Below are positions 19,357-29,033 of a DNA stretch of 54,783 bases, in pieces. A program made the translations under genes and the position numbers. The notes beneath the pieces were generated by a model that searched no databases, was not told the DNA's origin, and was given only the letters and a program-made list of their open reading frames with translations. Location: the IMG/VR virus record IMGVR_UViG_3300025086_000031, positions 1-54,783 of that record; one strand, 5' to 3'. Numbering within the stretch: position 1 is the first letter of the stretch; every line of letters begins with the position of its first letter. The stretch is from a virus (taxonomy: Duplodnaviria > Caudoviricetes).

Positions 19357-19719
19357 ATGGATAAATATTTATATTTCGCAAGTGCTGCTCCTGATGGAAC
19401 AGCGGGTACCGAAGAGGTAGCTTGTTTTCCTGCTGCACAAATGTCTCACATGGAGATGGCATCAGCGACTTCGATGAGAGTTTACTTTGAATCTAGTCAA
19501 GAAAATGATGCTGACTCAGGTATAGATGCAGCTCACGTTGTGCTTACCGTTGCTACTGGTAAACATAAAGAGGCTATGCAAGATATGGTTAAAGCTATAG
19601 TAGAACCTTCGATTGCTGGAAGTAATATGTTTGTAAATATTGCAGACAGTGAAACTTCAGCATTTTGCAGTGCACACATTACAGCTTGTGCTTCTATTGC
19701 AGTGGTTGACGCATCGTAA
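19357..19719 (+). CDS. small structural protein after the capsid gene (auxiliary capsid/head protein?)
   Basis: position; Ala/Ser-rich; paralog at 9892. Confidence 0.65.
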   Translation: MDKYLYFASAAPDGTAGTEEVACFPAAQMSHMEMASATSMRVYFESSQENDADSGIDAAHVVLTVATGKHKEAMQDMVKAIVEPSIAGSNMFVNIADSETSAFCSAHITACASIAVVDAS

Positions 19720-19728
19720 TAATTGCTA

Positions 19729-19803
19729 ACTGTCTTGAAATGATATACAGGCAGTATAAAGAACATATCTAAGGAGGGGGAGTTTCTCCCCTTCCAAAGG
19801 TAT
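19729..19803 (+). other. two intergenic stem-loops
   Basis: ACTGTCTTG/CAGGCAGT (19729-19755) and ATATCT-AA-GGAGGGGGAG-ttt-CTCCCCTTCC-AA-AGGTAT (19765-19803). Confidence 0.55.
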
Positions 19804-19832
19804 TTAATAATAATTTTAATTTAATTTTAGAA

Positions 19833-20729
19833 ATGACAAAGAAAACAACAACAACTACAAAGACTGTAGAGCCAGTGGTTACGAAAACTATTGAGACTCC
19901 TATAGCAACAAAAACAAATACCAATGGTATTGCTAACCTTAATCAAGGTAAAAAGAACACAAGAAAACCAACTACATACAGATTATATAAAGAACGTAAA
20001 GATAGAAAAACGGGTAAGACAAAATTCCCTATCGTTCATATGTTAAAAGCAGAAGACGTTATTTATGATCCAGAAAAAGGAATAAATAGAAAAATAAGAT
20101 ATATACCTGGTGAGCCTTCTATATTTGAGGATGAACAAAAAGAGGACTCAATGGTTAAATCTCCTATAACGTTTAATAATGGTTTATTAATGGTTGACTA
20201 CACTAATCCTACTTTAAAGAAGTATTTAGATATGTGTAATGCTAACGCTAGTAATCCTGATAGAATAGCTCAAGGACCTCCCGTATTTAAGAGATTAGAT
20301 TTTGAAAAAGATGCTAAGGAAAAAATGGCAAAAGAAATTCAATCTATGGACGCTTTAAGAACTGTTTTTGAAATGCCTTTAAATAAATTGTTAGGATATG
20401 CACAAGTTTTAGGTGTTAAAATGAACAAGTCTACTGATGAGATTAGATATGATATGAAAGTCTTAGCTGAAAAAGATCCTGTTAAATTTATAGCTGGGTT
20501 AGATGATCCTAAAATGGAAATTAAGCAAACTATACTTAGAGGTAAAGATGCTGGTATATTAGATTGGGACACTCAAAAGGTGACTTGGGTTCAAGGAAAT
20601 CAACGTCCTGTTATAACTCATATACCTTTAGGTGTTAGGCCTATAGACTGTTTGGCGGATATGTGTATGACAGATAAAGGAAGTGGAATTATAGACCAAA
20701 TTAAAGTAAAAATGGCATCTATGAATTAA
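19833..20729 (+). CDS. conserved head-associated protein of the crAss-like capsid module
   Basis: RKIRYIPGE.SIF.DEQ...I.F.NG.L, DP.KF motifs; position. Confidence 0.65.
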   Translation: MTKKTTTTTKTVEPVVTKTIETPIATKTNTNGIANLNQGKKNTRKPTTYRLYKERKDRKTGKTKFPIVHMLKAEDVIYDPEKGINRKIRYIPGEPSIFEDEQKEDSMVKSPITFNNGLLMVDYTNPTLKKYLDMCNANASNPDRIAQGPPVFKRLDFEKDAKEKMAKEIQSMDALRTVFEMPLNKLLGYAQVLGVKMNKSTDEIRYDMKVLAEKDPVKFIAGLDDPKMEIKQTILRGKDAGILDWDTQKVTWVQGNQRPVITHIPLGVRPIDCLADMCMTDKGSGIIDQIKVKMASMN

Positions 20730-20753
20730 TCATTAGATTTAATAATACTATTT

Positions 20754-20789
20754 AAAGGGGGTTGCAGGTTTGTTACCTCCTTTTTTTTT
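20754..20789 (+). terminator. rho-independent terminator (imperfect stem)
   Basis: GGGGGTTGCA-ggtt-TGTTACCTCC followed by T9. Confidence 0.6.
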
Positions 20790-20799
20790 GCTATATTTG
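20769..20799 (+). promoter_or_regulatory. promoter of the tail operon, overlapping the terminator
   Basis: TTTG, 19 nt, TATATTTG. Confidence 0.7.
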
Positions 20800-20816
20800 T
20801 TTAAAATAAATGAGTA

Positions 20817-21707
20817 ATGAGTATAGATGAATTATACAGGTTTGTACAGCTTATAGCGAATAAAGAGCAACGAGGGTTTATAAAACCTTCTGAATTTAAC
20901 TTATTAGCACAACAGGCTCAATTAGATTTAATACATGATAGGGTTGCTAGATATAAGACTGAAGCTGAGGCTATGAGTAAAGGATCTAAGGTTTTAGTTC
21001 AGAATCATTCTGTGCTTGATGATGTTAGGAGTGTGGTTTCTAGAAAAGAACTAGAATATGATGATAGTGGTCTTGGGGTTTGGAAGTACCCTACAGGTGA
21101 GTTGGATACGGTAACTAAAAAAGTTAGTGGAGAATACCTTCATTTTTTAAGACTTTATCATGGATCTTCTGTGGGAGCCAGCCCAAGTAATGTTCAGCCT
21201 GGAGTAACTCATACAAATGATGACGGTGGAGAACCAAACAAAGAACTTAGAAGGGGTAGAATAGATCTAGTAACACATGATCAACTATCTTATAGGCTTC
21301 ATAGTGAAGTGCTATATCCAGACTCCAATCACAAGGTGGCTGTAATGTTTGATAAAGGATTTGAGATATACGGATATGATAATGTGGCTAATGAAATAAT
21401 AGAGCTTAAAGGAGATGATATTGCTAATATATTCCTTGTTTATATAGAAAAACCACCAGCTCCAAATTGGGGGTATCAAATGGTTAATAATCAATATGTA
21501 TATAATCCATCAAGTGCTAATACTCAAGAGTTAACTCTTCCTAGTAAAACTCATAAAGAAATTGCTCAAAGAATGTTATCCTACATAGGTATATCTCTAA
21601 GGGATTCAGAACCAATGAATTATGCGGAAGCTAAAGTTAAAGAGCAGAGTGCTTCAAGTCCATCAGTAGGAAGACCTAGAATAAATCCACCAACAAGAAG
21701 AAGATAA
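20817..21707 (+). CDS. tail ring/adaptor protein
   Basis: NKEQRGFI.P.EFN..A.QAQ and YIEKP..PNWGY motifs; position in crAss-like tail module. Confidence 0.7.
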   Translation: MSIDELYRFVQLIANKEQRGFIKPSEFNLLAQQAQLDLIHDRVARYKTEAEAMSKGSKVLVQNHSVLDDVRSVVSRKELEYDDSGLGVWKYPTGELDTVTKKVSGEYLHFLRLYHGSSVGASPSNVQPGVTHTNDDGGEPNKELRRGRIDLVTHDQLSYRLHSEVLYPDSNHKVAVMFDKGFEIYGYDNVANEIIELKGDDIANIFLVYIEKPPAPNWGYQMVNNQYVYNPSSANTQELTLPSKTHKEIAQRMLSYIGISLRDSEPMNYAEAKVKEQSASSPSVGRPRINPPTRRR

Positions 21708-23341
21708 TGGCAACAACAAGATATAAAATAGCGGAACAGGTACTTAGAATAGTAAATGGTGGATCCCCCACAGAAGATAGCTCTATTGATATAAGAGAGG
21801 TGATGCTTTTGGTTGATCAAGAGAGGGATGCTCTTATAAAGTCTGAAATAATGGACTGGTCATACACTAAGTCTACAGCTACTGCTAAGGGTGAATTAGA
21901 AATAAATGGAGGGTGGATATCTCAAGCTACAGTTAATGTAGGAACAGATGAAAGTAGGAATGGTGCTCTTGTTGCTCCTTTACATTTTGGTTATGTTTCA
22001 CTACCTAATGATATGGGTATACAGAAAGTGGAATCTTGTGGTACTAGGTTCACAAGACAGACGAGTGTATATAGAGTAAAGGGAACAATTTTAAAAACAA
22101 CCTACAAAAGAGACAAAATAGATATAGTATTTAATAGTGGTCCTAAATTTTTAGACAAAAAATATAATGTTTCTTTTGATTTTACTATAGGAACTACATT
22201 AATGTCCAACGGATCTACAACACAGGATCAGTACGGTGGAGTTAAGACTCATAAAATAAATTTTAATGTTGACACAACTGGTTATAATTCGTATGAGAAT
22301 CAACACTTTAATTTTATTAAAGCTTTAGTTAATAGTCCTGGTTTTAAAAAGTTTGTTAAAGATTTTGATATTCATTACGGTGTTACAGAAAATGATCTAA
22401 ATGACAATAATATTATTGATGCAGCAGCATCAGTGCTTCACGTAATTCAGGTTAGGTTGTCAACAAGTTATGGTTCTGATATTAGTAATTTTACAATTAA
22501 TGGATCTGGAAAAAATAGTATTTTTGCTGGACCAAATGCTGAGTATGGTGGTGCTAGTATATCGAGCACAATAATTGATGACAATATAGGTTTTGGTTGG
22601 GTGATTGAAAAATTAGAGGACAGTGTTAACTCTTCTAGTGGAACGGAAACAGCCTTAGAAAACTCCCATGGAATAGGGTTTATAATCAATGACACTATGT
22701 ATACTACTGAGTTTGTTTCTCCTAAAGTTCAAGTAACTTATGAGGATGTTATAGATAAGTTTATATTAGAAAATGCTGATAAAATTGCTAAAGAGCAGAA
22801 TATTATATGTCACAAAAGCCAAGAGGGAGTTGCTATAACGGGTATACTGTATACGATAGCATTTCAAGAAATATTTCCAAGAGGTGGTTTTGATATAGAT
22901 ATGTTAACACCAGGTAATGCTTTTAAAATGGAACTTACGGAATCCAGCGTTGATCCAACACCAGCGGCAGAAGGGTATAATCAAATAATATTTCACAGAA
23001 TGCCATCAGGTAGTGAGCACAATTCTCTATACGATAAAACAGTTCGTAAAACGGGGAGGCAGCATTACTATATAGAAAATTTTGTGGAGTCTGGAGAATC
23101 AACAAATAATATTGGTGGAGCAGCTATATATTTATACAAGAAATATGATTTAGATATATTCACAAATAAGCATGGAAAAACTTTAAGGGTTCACTATATA
23201 GGTGCGTCAAACAGAGTGGAAGATCATGTGCTTTACCCTATACCAGCAGATTACGAAAAAATAATAATAAAAAATTTAGTTGAATTACTAACTGTTATGA
23301 AAAATGCTAGTGATGATATGGCTAATGATAATATAGATTAA
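21707..23341 (+). CDS. tail ring protein with large internal insertion
   Basis: ring-like termini (GG....DS.ID.REV; YPIPAD...D..ND) flank about 300 aa of extra sequence. Confidence 0.6.
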   Translation: MATTRYKIAEQVLRIVNGGSPTEDSSIDIREVMLLVDQERDALIKSEIMDWSYTKSTATAKGELEINGGWISQATVNVGTDESRNGALVAPLHFGYVSLPNDMGIQKVESCGTRFTRQTSVYRVKGTILKTTYKRDKIDIVFNSGPKFLDKKYNVSFDFTIGTTLMSNGSTTQDQYGGVKTHKINFNVDTTGYNSYENQHFNFIKALVNSPGFKKFVKDFDIHYGVTENDLNDNNIIDAAASVLHVIQVRLSTSYGSDISNFTINGSGKNSIFAGPNAEYGGASISSTIIDDNIGFGWVIEKLEDSVNSSSGTETALENSHGIGFIINDTMYTTEFVSPKVQVTYEDVIDKFILENADKIAKEQNIICHKSQEGVAITGILYTIAFQEIFPRGGFDIDMLTPGNAFKMELTESSVDPTPAAEGYNQIIFHRMPSGSEHNSLYDKTVRKTGRQHYYIENFVESGESTNNIGGAAIYLYKKYDLDIFTNKHGKTLRVHYIGASNRVEDHVLYPIPADYEKIIIKNLVELLTVMKNASDDMANDNID

Positions 23342-23343
23342 TA

Positions 23344-24069
23344 ATGGCACAGTTTATACCAGTTGAAGAAGTAATACAAAACCTTCTCATAGAAGAGGGT
23401 AAGTCTAGTGAACATGAATACTTGAGGTATTTTAATATAGCTATGAGTGGTCTTAAGGAGCTTAACTTTGATACAGTGAGACAAATAAAATCCATAGAGC
23501 TTACTATAGATCATAAGAATACTGTCAATTTACCAACTGATTATGTTTCATATCTTAAAATAGCTACAACTAATAGTAACGGTGAATTAAACTACTTAGG
23601 AGCTAGAGACAGAATAAACCTGGTTCATGGAACAACATCTTCTAATACAGAAGATAAAACTCAACATCCAGTATTTACTGACAACACTCCTGGAGATGGA
23701 TTATGGGGAAGATATGGTCAGGGCGGTGGAAATAATGCTAATGGCTATTATAGAGAAAATTTTGAAGAAGAAACTATTGAGTTTTCTAGTGTTACAGGAA
23801 CTGTTACGATAGAATATATTTCTGATGGATCATCTGATCTAGAAGGGGAACAAATAAAGATACATTCTTTAGCTGAAGAAGCTTTAAAAGCGTATATATA
23901 TTGGAGATCAATATACAGAAAAAGAGCTATTAATATGAATGAAAAAATGGTAGCTAAAAAAGAATACTATAACCAAAAGAGACTTGCTAGAGCTAGAATG
24001 CAGTCATTCAATAAGCAGGAGGCTATGCAGACTACAAGAAAAGCTTTTAAGCAGGCTCCTAAATTATAA
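23344..24069 (+). CDS. tail tubular protein (P22 gp4-like position)
   Basis: GLKELNFD, LPTDYVSY, IEYISDG, AEEALKAYI motifs. Confidence 0.7.
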   Translation: MAQFIPVEEVIQNLLIEEGKSSEHEYLRYFNIAMSGLKELNFDTVRQIKSIELTIDHKNTVNLPTDYVSYLKIATTNSNGELNYLGARDRINLVHGTTSSNTEDKTQHPVFTDNTPGDGLWGRYGQGGGNNANGYYRENFEEETIEFSSVTGTVTIEYISDGSSDLEGEQIKIHSLAEEALKAYIYWRSIYRKRAINMNEKMVAKKEYYNQKRLARARMQSFNKQEAMQTTRKAFKQAPKL

Positions 24070-24073
24070 TTAA

Positions 24074-27000
24074 ATGCCTAGTAAACAGTCTAAAAAAATA
24101 TTTGTTGGCGGGTTAGATAGAGATACTGATCTTAGAGCCTCGAAGAATGGTGATTATCACCACGCTTTGAATATAAGGAATATGTCTTCAGAGGCTAGCA
24201 CAGAGGGGGTTGTAGAAAACATAAAAGGTAATCTAAAATCTGGCTACACATTTCCTACTCCACCTGCACAAGGTAAAAGGAGAATAACTCTATTTATGCC
24301 TTGGTTTAATTATTTTTGGAATTATGGCGGATCTTCATCTGTAGGAGAGGGTACCAGTCAATCTGGTATTTTAGATGGTTTTAATGGTCAACCTGTCTCC
24401 CCTCTTGTTGGTTATGTTTCAGACCCTAATACAAGCACTTATGACACTTATGGTGGACCATCCATATTTTTACTAAACTTTGATATAGCTATAGGTTTTT
24501 CTTTGTCTGAAATTCAAAATCCTACTAATGTGTTTCAAATAGCATATAATGGAGAAAACCTTACAGATATGTATAATTATTTAACCTTTTGGGTTCAAGT
24601 AAACTCTGCTTCCTTATCTGCGTTAGGCTTAACTGTATCTGTTATTAATAATAATAGTCCATACTTTAATAATGAATATTTCTTTGGTGAATCTACACTA
24701 GAAAATATTACGAGTCATGAAGACTACACTGCGGGTCAGATTTATGCTTACGCTCTATTGTTTGAGGCACCTTATTCTAATGACGGTTTTTCCGAGGAGG
24801 GTCTGTTTTATATAGATTTAAAAGAATCTTCGTCAGCACAGCCTTTATACTCAGGGACAGAAGATGACTTAACTGGAATATTATTTACCGTAAATTCCGA
24901 TGGAGAAGTTCCTTATTTTGTTAGTCCAGAACAAACTGTTATAAGTGATGGGTATGGTTACGCAGATGAACCTGAGTTACTAAATAATTCTACAGACTGG
25001 TCTGTTTCAGAGGAATCTGATGAAGGGGAGTTATATATAACAGAATATTTAAATGAAATAGAATCTGTGGGATGGACAGTGGGAATGTATAATATTACTG
25101 AGGGAGCTTCTGCTCAGAATAAAACTTTTATAAAGGCAAACGCTACTATAGTAAATGACATTACAGATGGTGGTGGGGAGATTAACTACAGCACTATAGG
25201 TGCATATGAAGATACTAAAAACGATAAGATATATTGGATGGTTGCTAGCGATTCGCAATTTCATTTAATATTAGAATACGATATAAAAACAGACACTATA
25301 ATAACAGTATTCAGAGATTCTGGAGATAGTGGTACTTGTGTGTTTAATTGGAATAAAGATTTCTTAATAAACGATATAGATAAAGTTGGGGACGTTTTAT
25401 ACTGGACTTCTAGAATGTATGGAGAGCCTTGTTCTATAAATGTTAGAAAATCAAAAAACAGTATACAGGCTATAGAAGTGTATAATGGTCCATATATCTT
25501 AGATGAGGAGGGTGGAACGAATGATATAAGTTTAAGAGACCACTACCCATATGACCTGTATAATCCAAACTACCCTTCAGAAGACAAAAGACAATACATA
25601 GAAGTTATTAAGAGGCCTCCTGAGTATGCCCCTACGTATGTGTACTCTAGTGACGCTGCAGTAGCTAAAAACCATCTTTTTGGGAATTTATTCCAATTTA
25701 GGTATAGATATATGTTCTACGACAATGAAGTAAGTGCATGGTCTCCTATTAGTGATATTGTACCGTCTTCATTTGATAAAGTCAATATATCACAAACCAA
25801 CATAGCTCCTTTTGTTGATAATTTCTTAACAATATCTGTGAAAAATTCATCTGGTATAGTAAAGAAGATAGAGATAGCTGGTAGAAAATGTAAAGATTTA
25901 GGAGTTATAACTAGAGGTAATAGGGGTCCTTACTCCATTGTAGCGACAATAGATAATGATTTTAGTGCTTGGCAATTAAATTCCAATTCAGAACAACAAA
26001 TAGCTTTTTATAATGATCAAGCATATCCGCCTGTTCAAGCAGGAGAAGGAGAGAGGTTATTTGATGCTGTACCTAGATCAGCACATACACAAACTATTTT
26101 AGGAAACAATAGATTAGCATACGGTAATTATACCGAAGGGTTTGATGTTCCAAAAGTTCAATTATCTGTTACTCCTCAATATGGGTTTACTCAATCAGAT
26201 GCATCTCAACCATACGGTGGCCCTGAGTATGTGGATCCAGTAACTGTAGATTTAAATGGAGTTGCTCAACAGGGAGAGGCAGTGCCTTCTTTTAAAAGTG
26301 GAGCCTTTCATAGTTTTGGTATAGCTTATTATGATGAGAAAGGAAGGTGTTCTACGGTATTAACTGATGATACATCTAGATGTTATGTTAGATTTCCTAC
26401 AGAAAGAACAAATGCAGATATACCAACTGGAGTTACTCAGTTTGATCTTAATGGAGCTGTAACAATGCAGTGGTCTATAAGCCATCGAGCTCCTACTTGG
26501 GCTAAATATTATAGATGGTTTTATTCAGGAAATAATACTGTAGATGAGTTTATTCAATTTAGAGTATTGCAAGCATTTAACAATCAGGATCCAGCATCTA
26601 ATGATAACAGAATATTCTTAAACTTAAGAGGTTTAAAGGGGTCTGATGATTCATATATAACAAATGCTGAGTTAGATCCTAATGCAGTTCCCAACCCTGA
26701 TATAAGTATATTAGATTATGAATTTACAAAAGGTGACAGGGTAAGGATTATAACTCAGGGGACTCAAGTTGGAGCAACTTTTCCTGGTAATGCAGTATTG
26801 ACACCTCCAGCTGCTGGAACAGAACAGGCAAATATTTTAAACAATAATGGAACTGTTGCAAACTACATTGACGCTAAAGTTTCAGGTTTTGAATTTTATT
26901 CTCATAACAATCCTAATATACCTATACGAACTAACGCAACTCCCGCAACAAATGCTCTTAATGATGACGGGTCTGAGGATGGATGGTATTTAATCATTGA

Positions 27001-28996
27001 TGAGTTAATAGATGCAACTGGAACCCCTATAGCTAACTACAGTGCAGCAAATGTTCAGGCAGGAACTGACTTTTTAGAGCAGGCTATAGTTGAGGTGTAT
27101 AAGATAAAACCAGATGCAGAGCCAGGAGAATTATTATATTTTGAGTTTAGTGAACTATATGATGTTAATCAACCTAGTCGTACACACTCAGGTACTTTAG
27201 CTGACCAAGGAGGTGGTTTCACTTTTGATAGCAACGGAAATGCTACGTCTGCCACTCCAGCAACAGGAGAGTTTTTGTTTGGAGATGTATACTATAAAAG
27301 GAGAAACATGCAAATGTTTTCGTTAATTGGTGGTGTAGCCACAAGAGGTTTTCAAGAGTTTTATGTAGAAGATTATTTTTTAAATGACTTTACGGACAGT
27401 AATCATATTAGTGTAGGTAGAGCAAATATTTATTCAGCTTTCTACAAACAACAAAATAAAGAAGCTTCTGTAACTTACTCTGATGTTTACCAGCCAGCCA
27501 CTAGCTTTAATGGTTTAAGCACATTTGATTACAATGTAGGAAATTGGGAAGACTATAGTAGAATATATGGAACTATACAAAAATTACATTATAGAGAAAC
27601 GGATATAGTAATGATACAGGAGGACACTACCTATAAAATACCTATTCAAAGAGATATATTACTTAGTGCTGACGGTAAAGGTACGTTAAGTGCGTCAAAT
27701 AAAGTATTAAACCCTGTGATTCCTTTTGCAGGTAATTATGGTATAAGTAGAAATCCTGAGTCATTTGTTGCTAATGGAAACGTGCTGTATTGGACTGATA
27801 TAAGAAGAGGGGCTGTTTTAAGGTTATCTGGGGATGGCATAACTCCTATATCTGATGCTAAGATGCATGATTACTTTAGAGATAAGGAAGAAGAATATAG
27901 AGCTTATGATCCTCAATTTAGATGGGATGAGTATTATGGAGAAATAGTAGGACCAATTAAAGCTGGTTATCATAAGAAATTTAAAATAAAGGGAGGTTTT
28001 AACCCTAAACATGAAGAATATGTAGTTCAAATGGATCCTATACCTTTACCAGATTTACACTGGGGTGAGATTGGCACAACATATAATACTGCAGAAGAAT
28101 GGAACTCAGCGGGGTGGTATGAGTATGAAATTTATGGACAGGATGGTTCTCCAAACAAAAATCTAATTGAAGGCTCTGTGGCTGCATGGAGAGATAAGCA
28201 AAAGAGGTGGACAAGTTTCTATTCTCATATTGCTGAGTATTACTGTAAAATAAACAGATTGTTTGTTTCTTGGGATGAAGGGTTTTTGTATTTACATGAT
28301 GTAGATGATGAGAATTATAACACTTTTTATGGCACAACTTACAATACAGAGTTATCTTTCTCTATCAACGAAGGTCCATCTACAGTTAAAGGATTCAAAA
28401 CTATTACTCTAGAAGCTAATCAGGCAGTTGAATTAGACTCAGAAGGAGTAGAAGAGGAAGAGGAAACGTCTTATGATATCAATCTAGTAACTGATATGAC
28501 AGAAACCTTTATTGATAGACATAACTTTGATCAAAGAGAAAATAAACAGTATACACAAATACCTTTTGTGACTGGAAATAGTACAGGGTCAGAGATTATA
28601 GGTTTAGGTCTTGGAACTGGAATTAACAATGATGACTCTGGTCTTGGTGTGATAGCTGGATCTAGCACAAACTTTGGAGCTGCCAATATAATTTTGGGGA
28701 CATCTACAGACGTAACCAATTCTGATTACGGAGATCAATTATATTATAATAACGGAACAGAAGATGTTTTAGTAGGTACTATATCTGAGATAAATAGTAA
28801 TAATGTACTAACTCTTTCTTCTGCTGTAGAGACTTTTAATAATCAGTTTTTGTTTATAAAAAGAAATGGTTTTGCTGAAGGAGATAGAATGAAAGGTAGG
28901 TATATGGAAGTAAAACTAAGGAAAAGGTCTAAAAGATTATTGGAAATATTTAGTGGAAGTTCTACAATATTTAATAGTGAGTTAAGTGACGACTAA
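24074..28996 (+). CDS. tail stabilisation/muzzle protein (P22 gp10-like)
   Basis: 1640 aa; F.GGLD.D.D...G.Y..ALN start, FQFRYRY...E.SAWSP, GNY.EG, YGIS.NPES, D..RG.VLRL..DG, MKGRY end. Confidence 0.82.
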   Translation: MPSKQSKKIFVGGLDRDTDLRASKNGDYHHALNIRNMSSEASTEGVVENIKGNLKSGYTFPTPPAQGKRRITLFMPWFNYFWNYGGSSSVGEGTSQSGILDGFNGQPVSPLVGYVSDPNTSTYDTYGGPSIFLLNFDIAIGFSLSEIQNPTNVFQIAYNGENLTDMYNYLTFWVQVNSASLSALGLTVSVINNNSPYFNNEYFFGESTLENITSHEDYTAGQIYAYALLFEAPYSNDGFSEEGLFYIDLKESSSAQPLYSGTEDDLTGILFTVNSDGEVPYFVSPEQTVISDGYGYADEPELLNNSTDWSVSEESDEGELYITEYLNEIESVGWTVGMYNITEGASAQNKTFIKANATIVNDITDGGGEINYSTIGAYEDTKNDKIYWMVASDSQFHLILEYDIKTDTIITVFRDSGDSGTCVFNWNKDFLINDIDKVGDVLYWTSRMYGEPCSINVRKSKNSIQAIEVYNGPYILDEEGGTNDISLRDHYPYDLYNPNYPSEDKRQYIEVIKRPPEYAPTYVYSSDAAVAKNHLFGNLFQFRYRYMFYDNEVSAWSPISDIVPSSFDKVNISQTNIAPFVDNFLTISVKNSSGIVKKIEIAGRKCKDLGVITRGNRGPYSIVATIDNDFSAWQLNSNSEQQIAFYNDQAYPPVQAGEGERLFDAVPRSAHTQTILGNNRLAYGNYTEGFDVPKVQLSVTPQYGFTQSDASQPYGGPEYVDPVTVDLNGVAQQGEAVPSFKSGAFHSFGIAYYDEKGRCSTVLTDDTSRCYVRFPTERTNADIPTGVTQFDLNGAVTMQWSISHRAPTWAKYYRWFYSGNNTVDEFIQFRVLQAFNNQDPASNDNRIFLNLRGLKGSDDSYITNAELDPNAVPNPDISILDYEFTKGDRVRIITQGTQVGATFPGNAVLTPPAAGTEQANILNNNGTVANYIDAKVSGFEFYSHNNPNIPIRTNATPATNALNDDGSEDGWYLIIDELIDATGTPIANYSAANVQAGTDFLEQAIVEVYKIKPDAEPGELLYFEFSELYDVNQPSRTHSGTLADQGGGFTFDSNGNATSATPATGEFLFGDVYYKRRNMQMFSLIGGVATRGFQEFYVEDYFLNDFTDSNHISVGRANIYSAFYKQQNKEASVTYSDVYQPATSFNGLSTFDYNVGNWEDYSRIYGTIQKLHYRETDIVMIQEDTTYKIPIQRDILLSADGKGTLSASNKVLNPVIPFAGNYGISRNPESFVANGNVLYWTDIRRGAVLRLSGDGITPISDAKMHDYFRDKEEEYRAYDPQFRWDEYYGEIVGPIKAGYHKKFKIKGGFNPKHEEYVVQMDPIPLPDLHWGEIGTTYNTAEEWNSAGWYEYEIYGQDGSPNKNLIEGSVAAWRDKQKRWTSFYSHIAEYYCKINRLFVSWDEGFLYLHDVDDENYNTFYGTTYNTELSFSINEGPSTVKGFKTITLEANQAVELDSEGVEEEEETSYDINLVTDMTETFIDRHNFDQRENKQYTQIPFVTGNSTGSEIIGLGLGTGINNDDSGLGVIAGSSTNFGAANIILGTSTDVTNSDYGDQLYYNNGTEDVLVGTISEINSNNVLTLSSAVETFNNQFLFIKRNGFAEGDRMKGRYMEVKLRKRSKRLLEIFSGSSTIFNSELSDD

Positions 28997-28997
28997 C

Positions 28998-29028
28998 TTG
29001 TACAAGTGAAAAATAATAAATATATTTG
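28998..29028 (+). promoter_or_regulatory. promoter of the ejection-protein operon
   Basis: TTG, 20 nt, TATATTTG, 5 nt before ATG 29034. Confidence 0.7.
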
Positions 29029-29033
29029 TAAAA

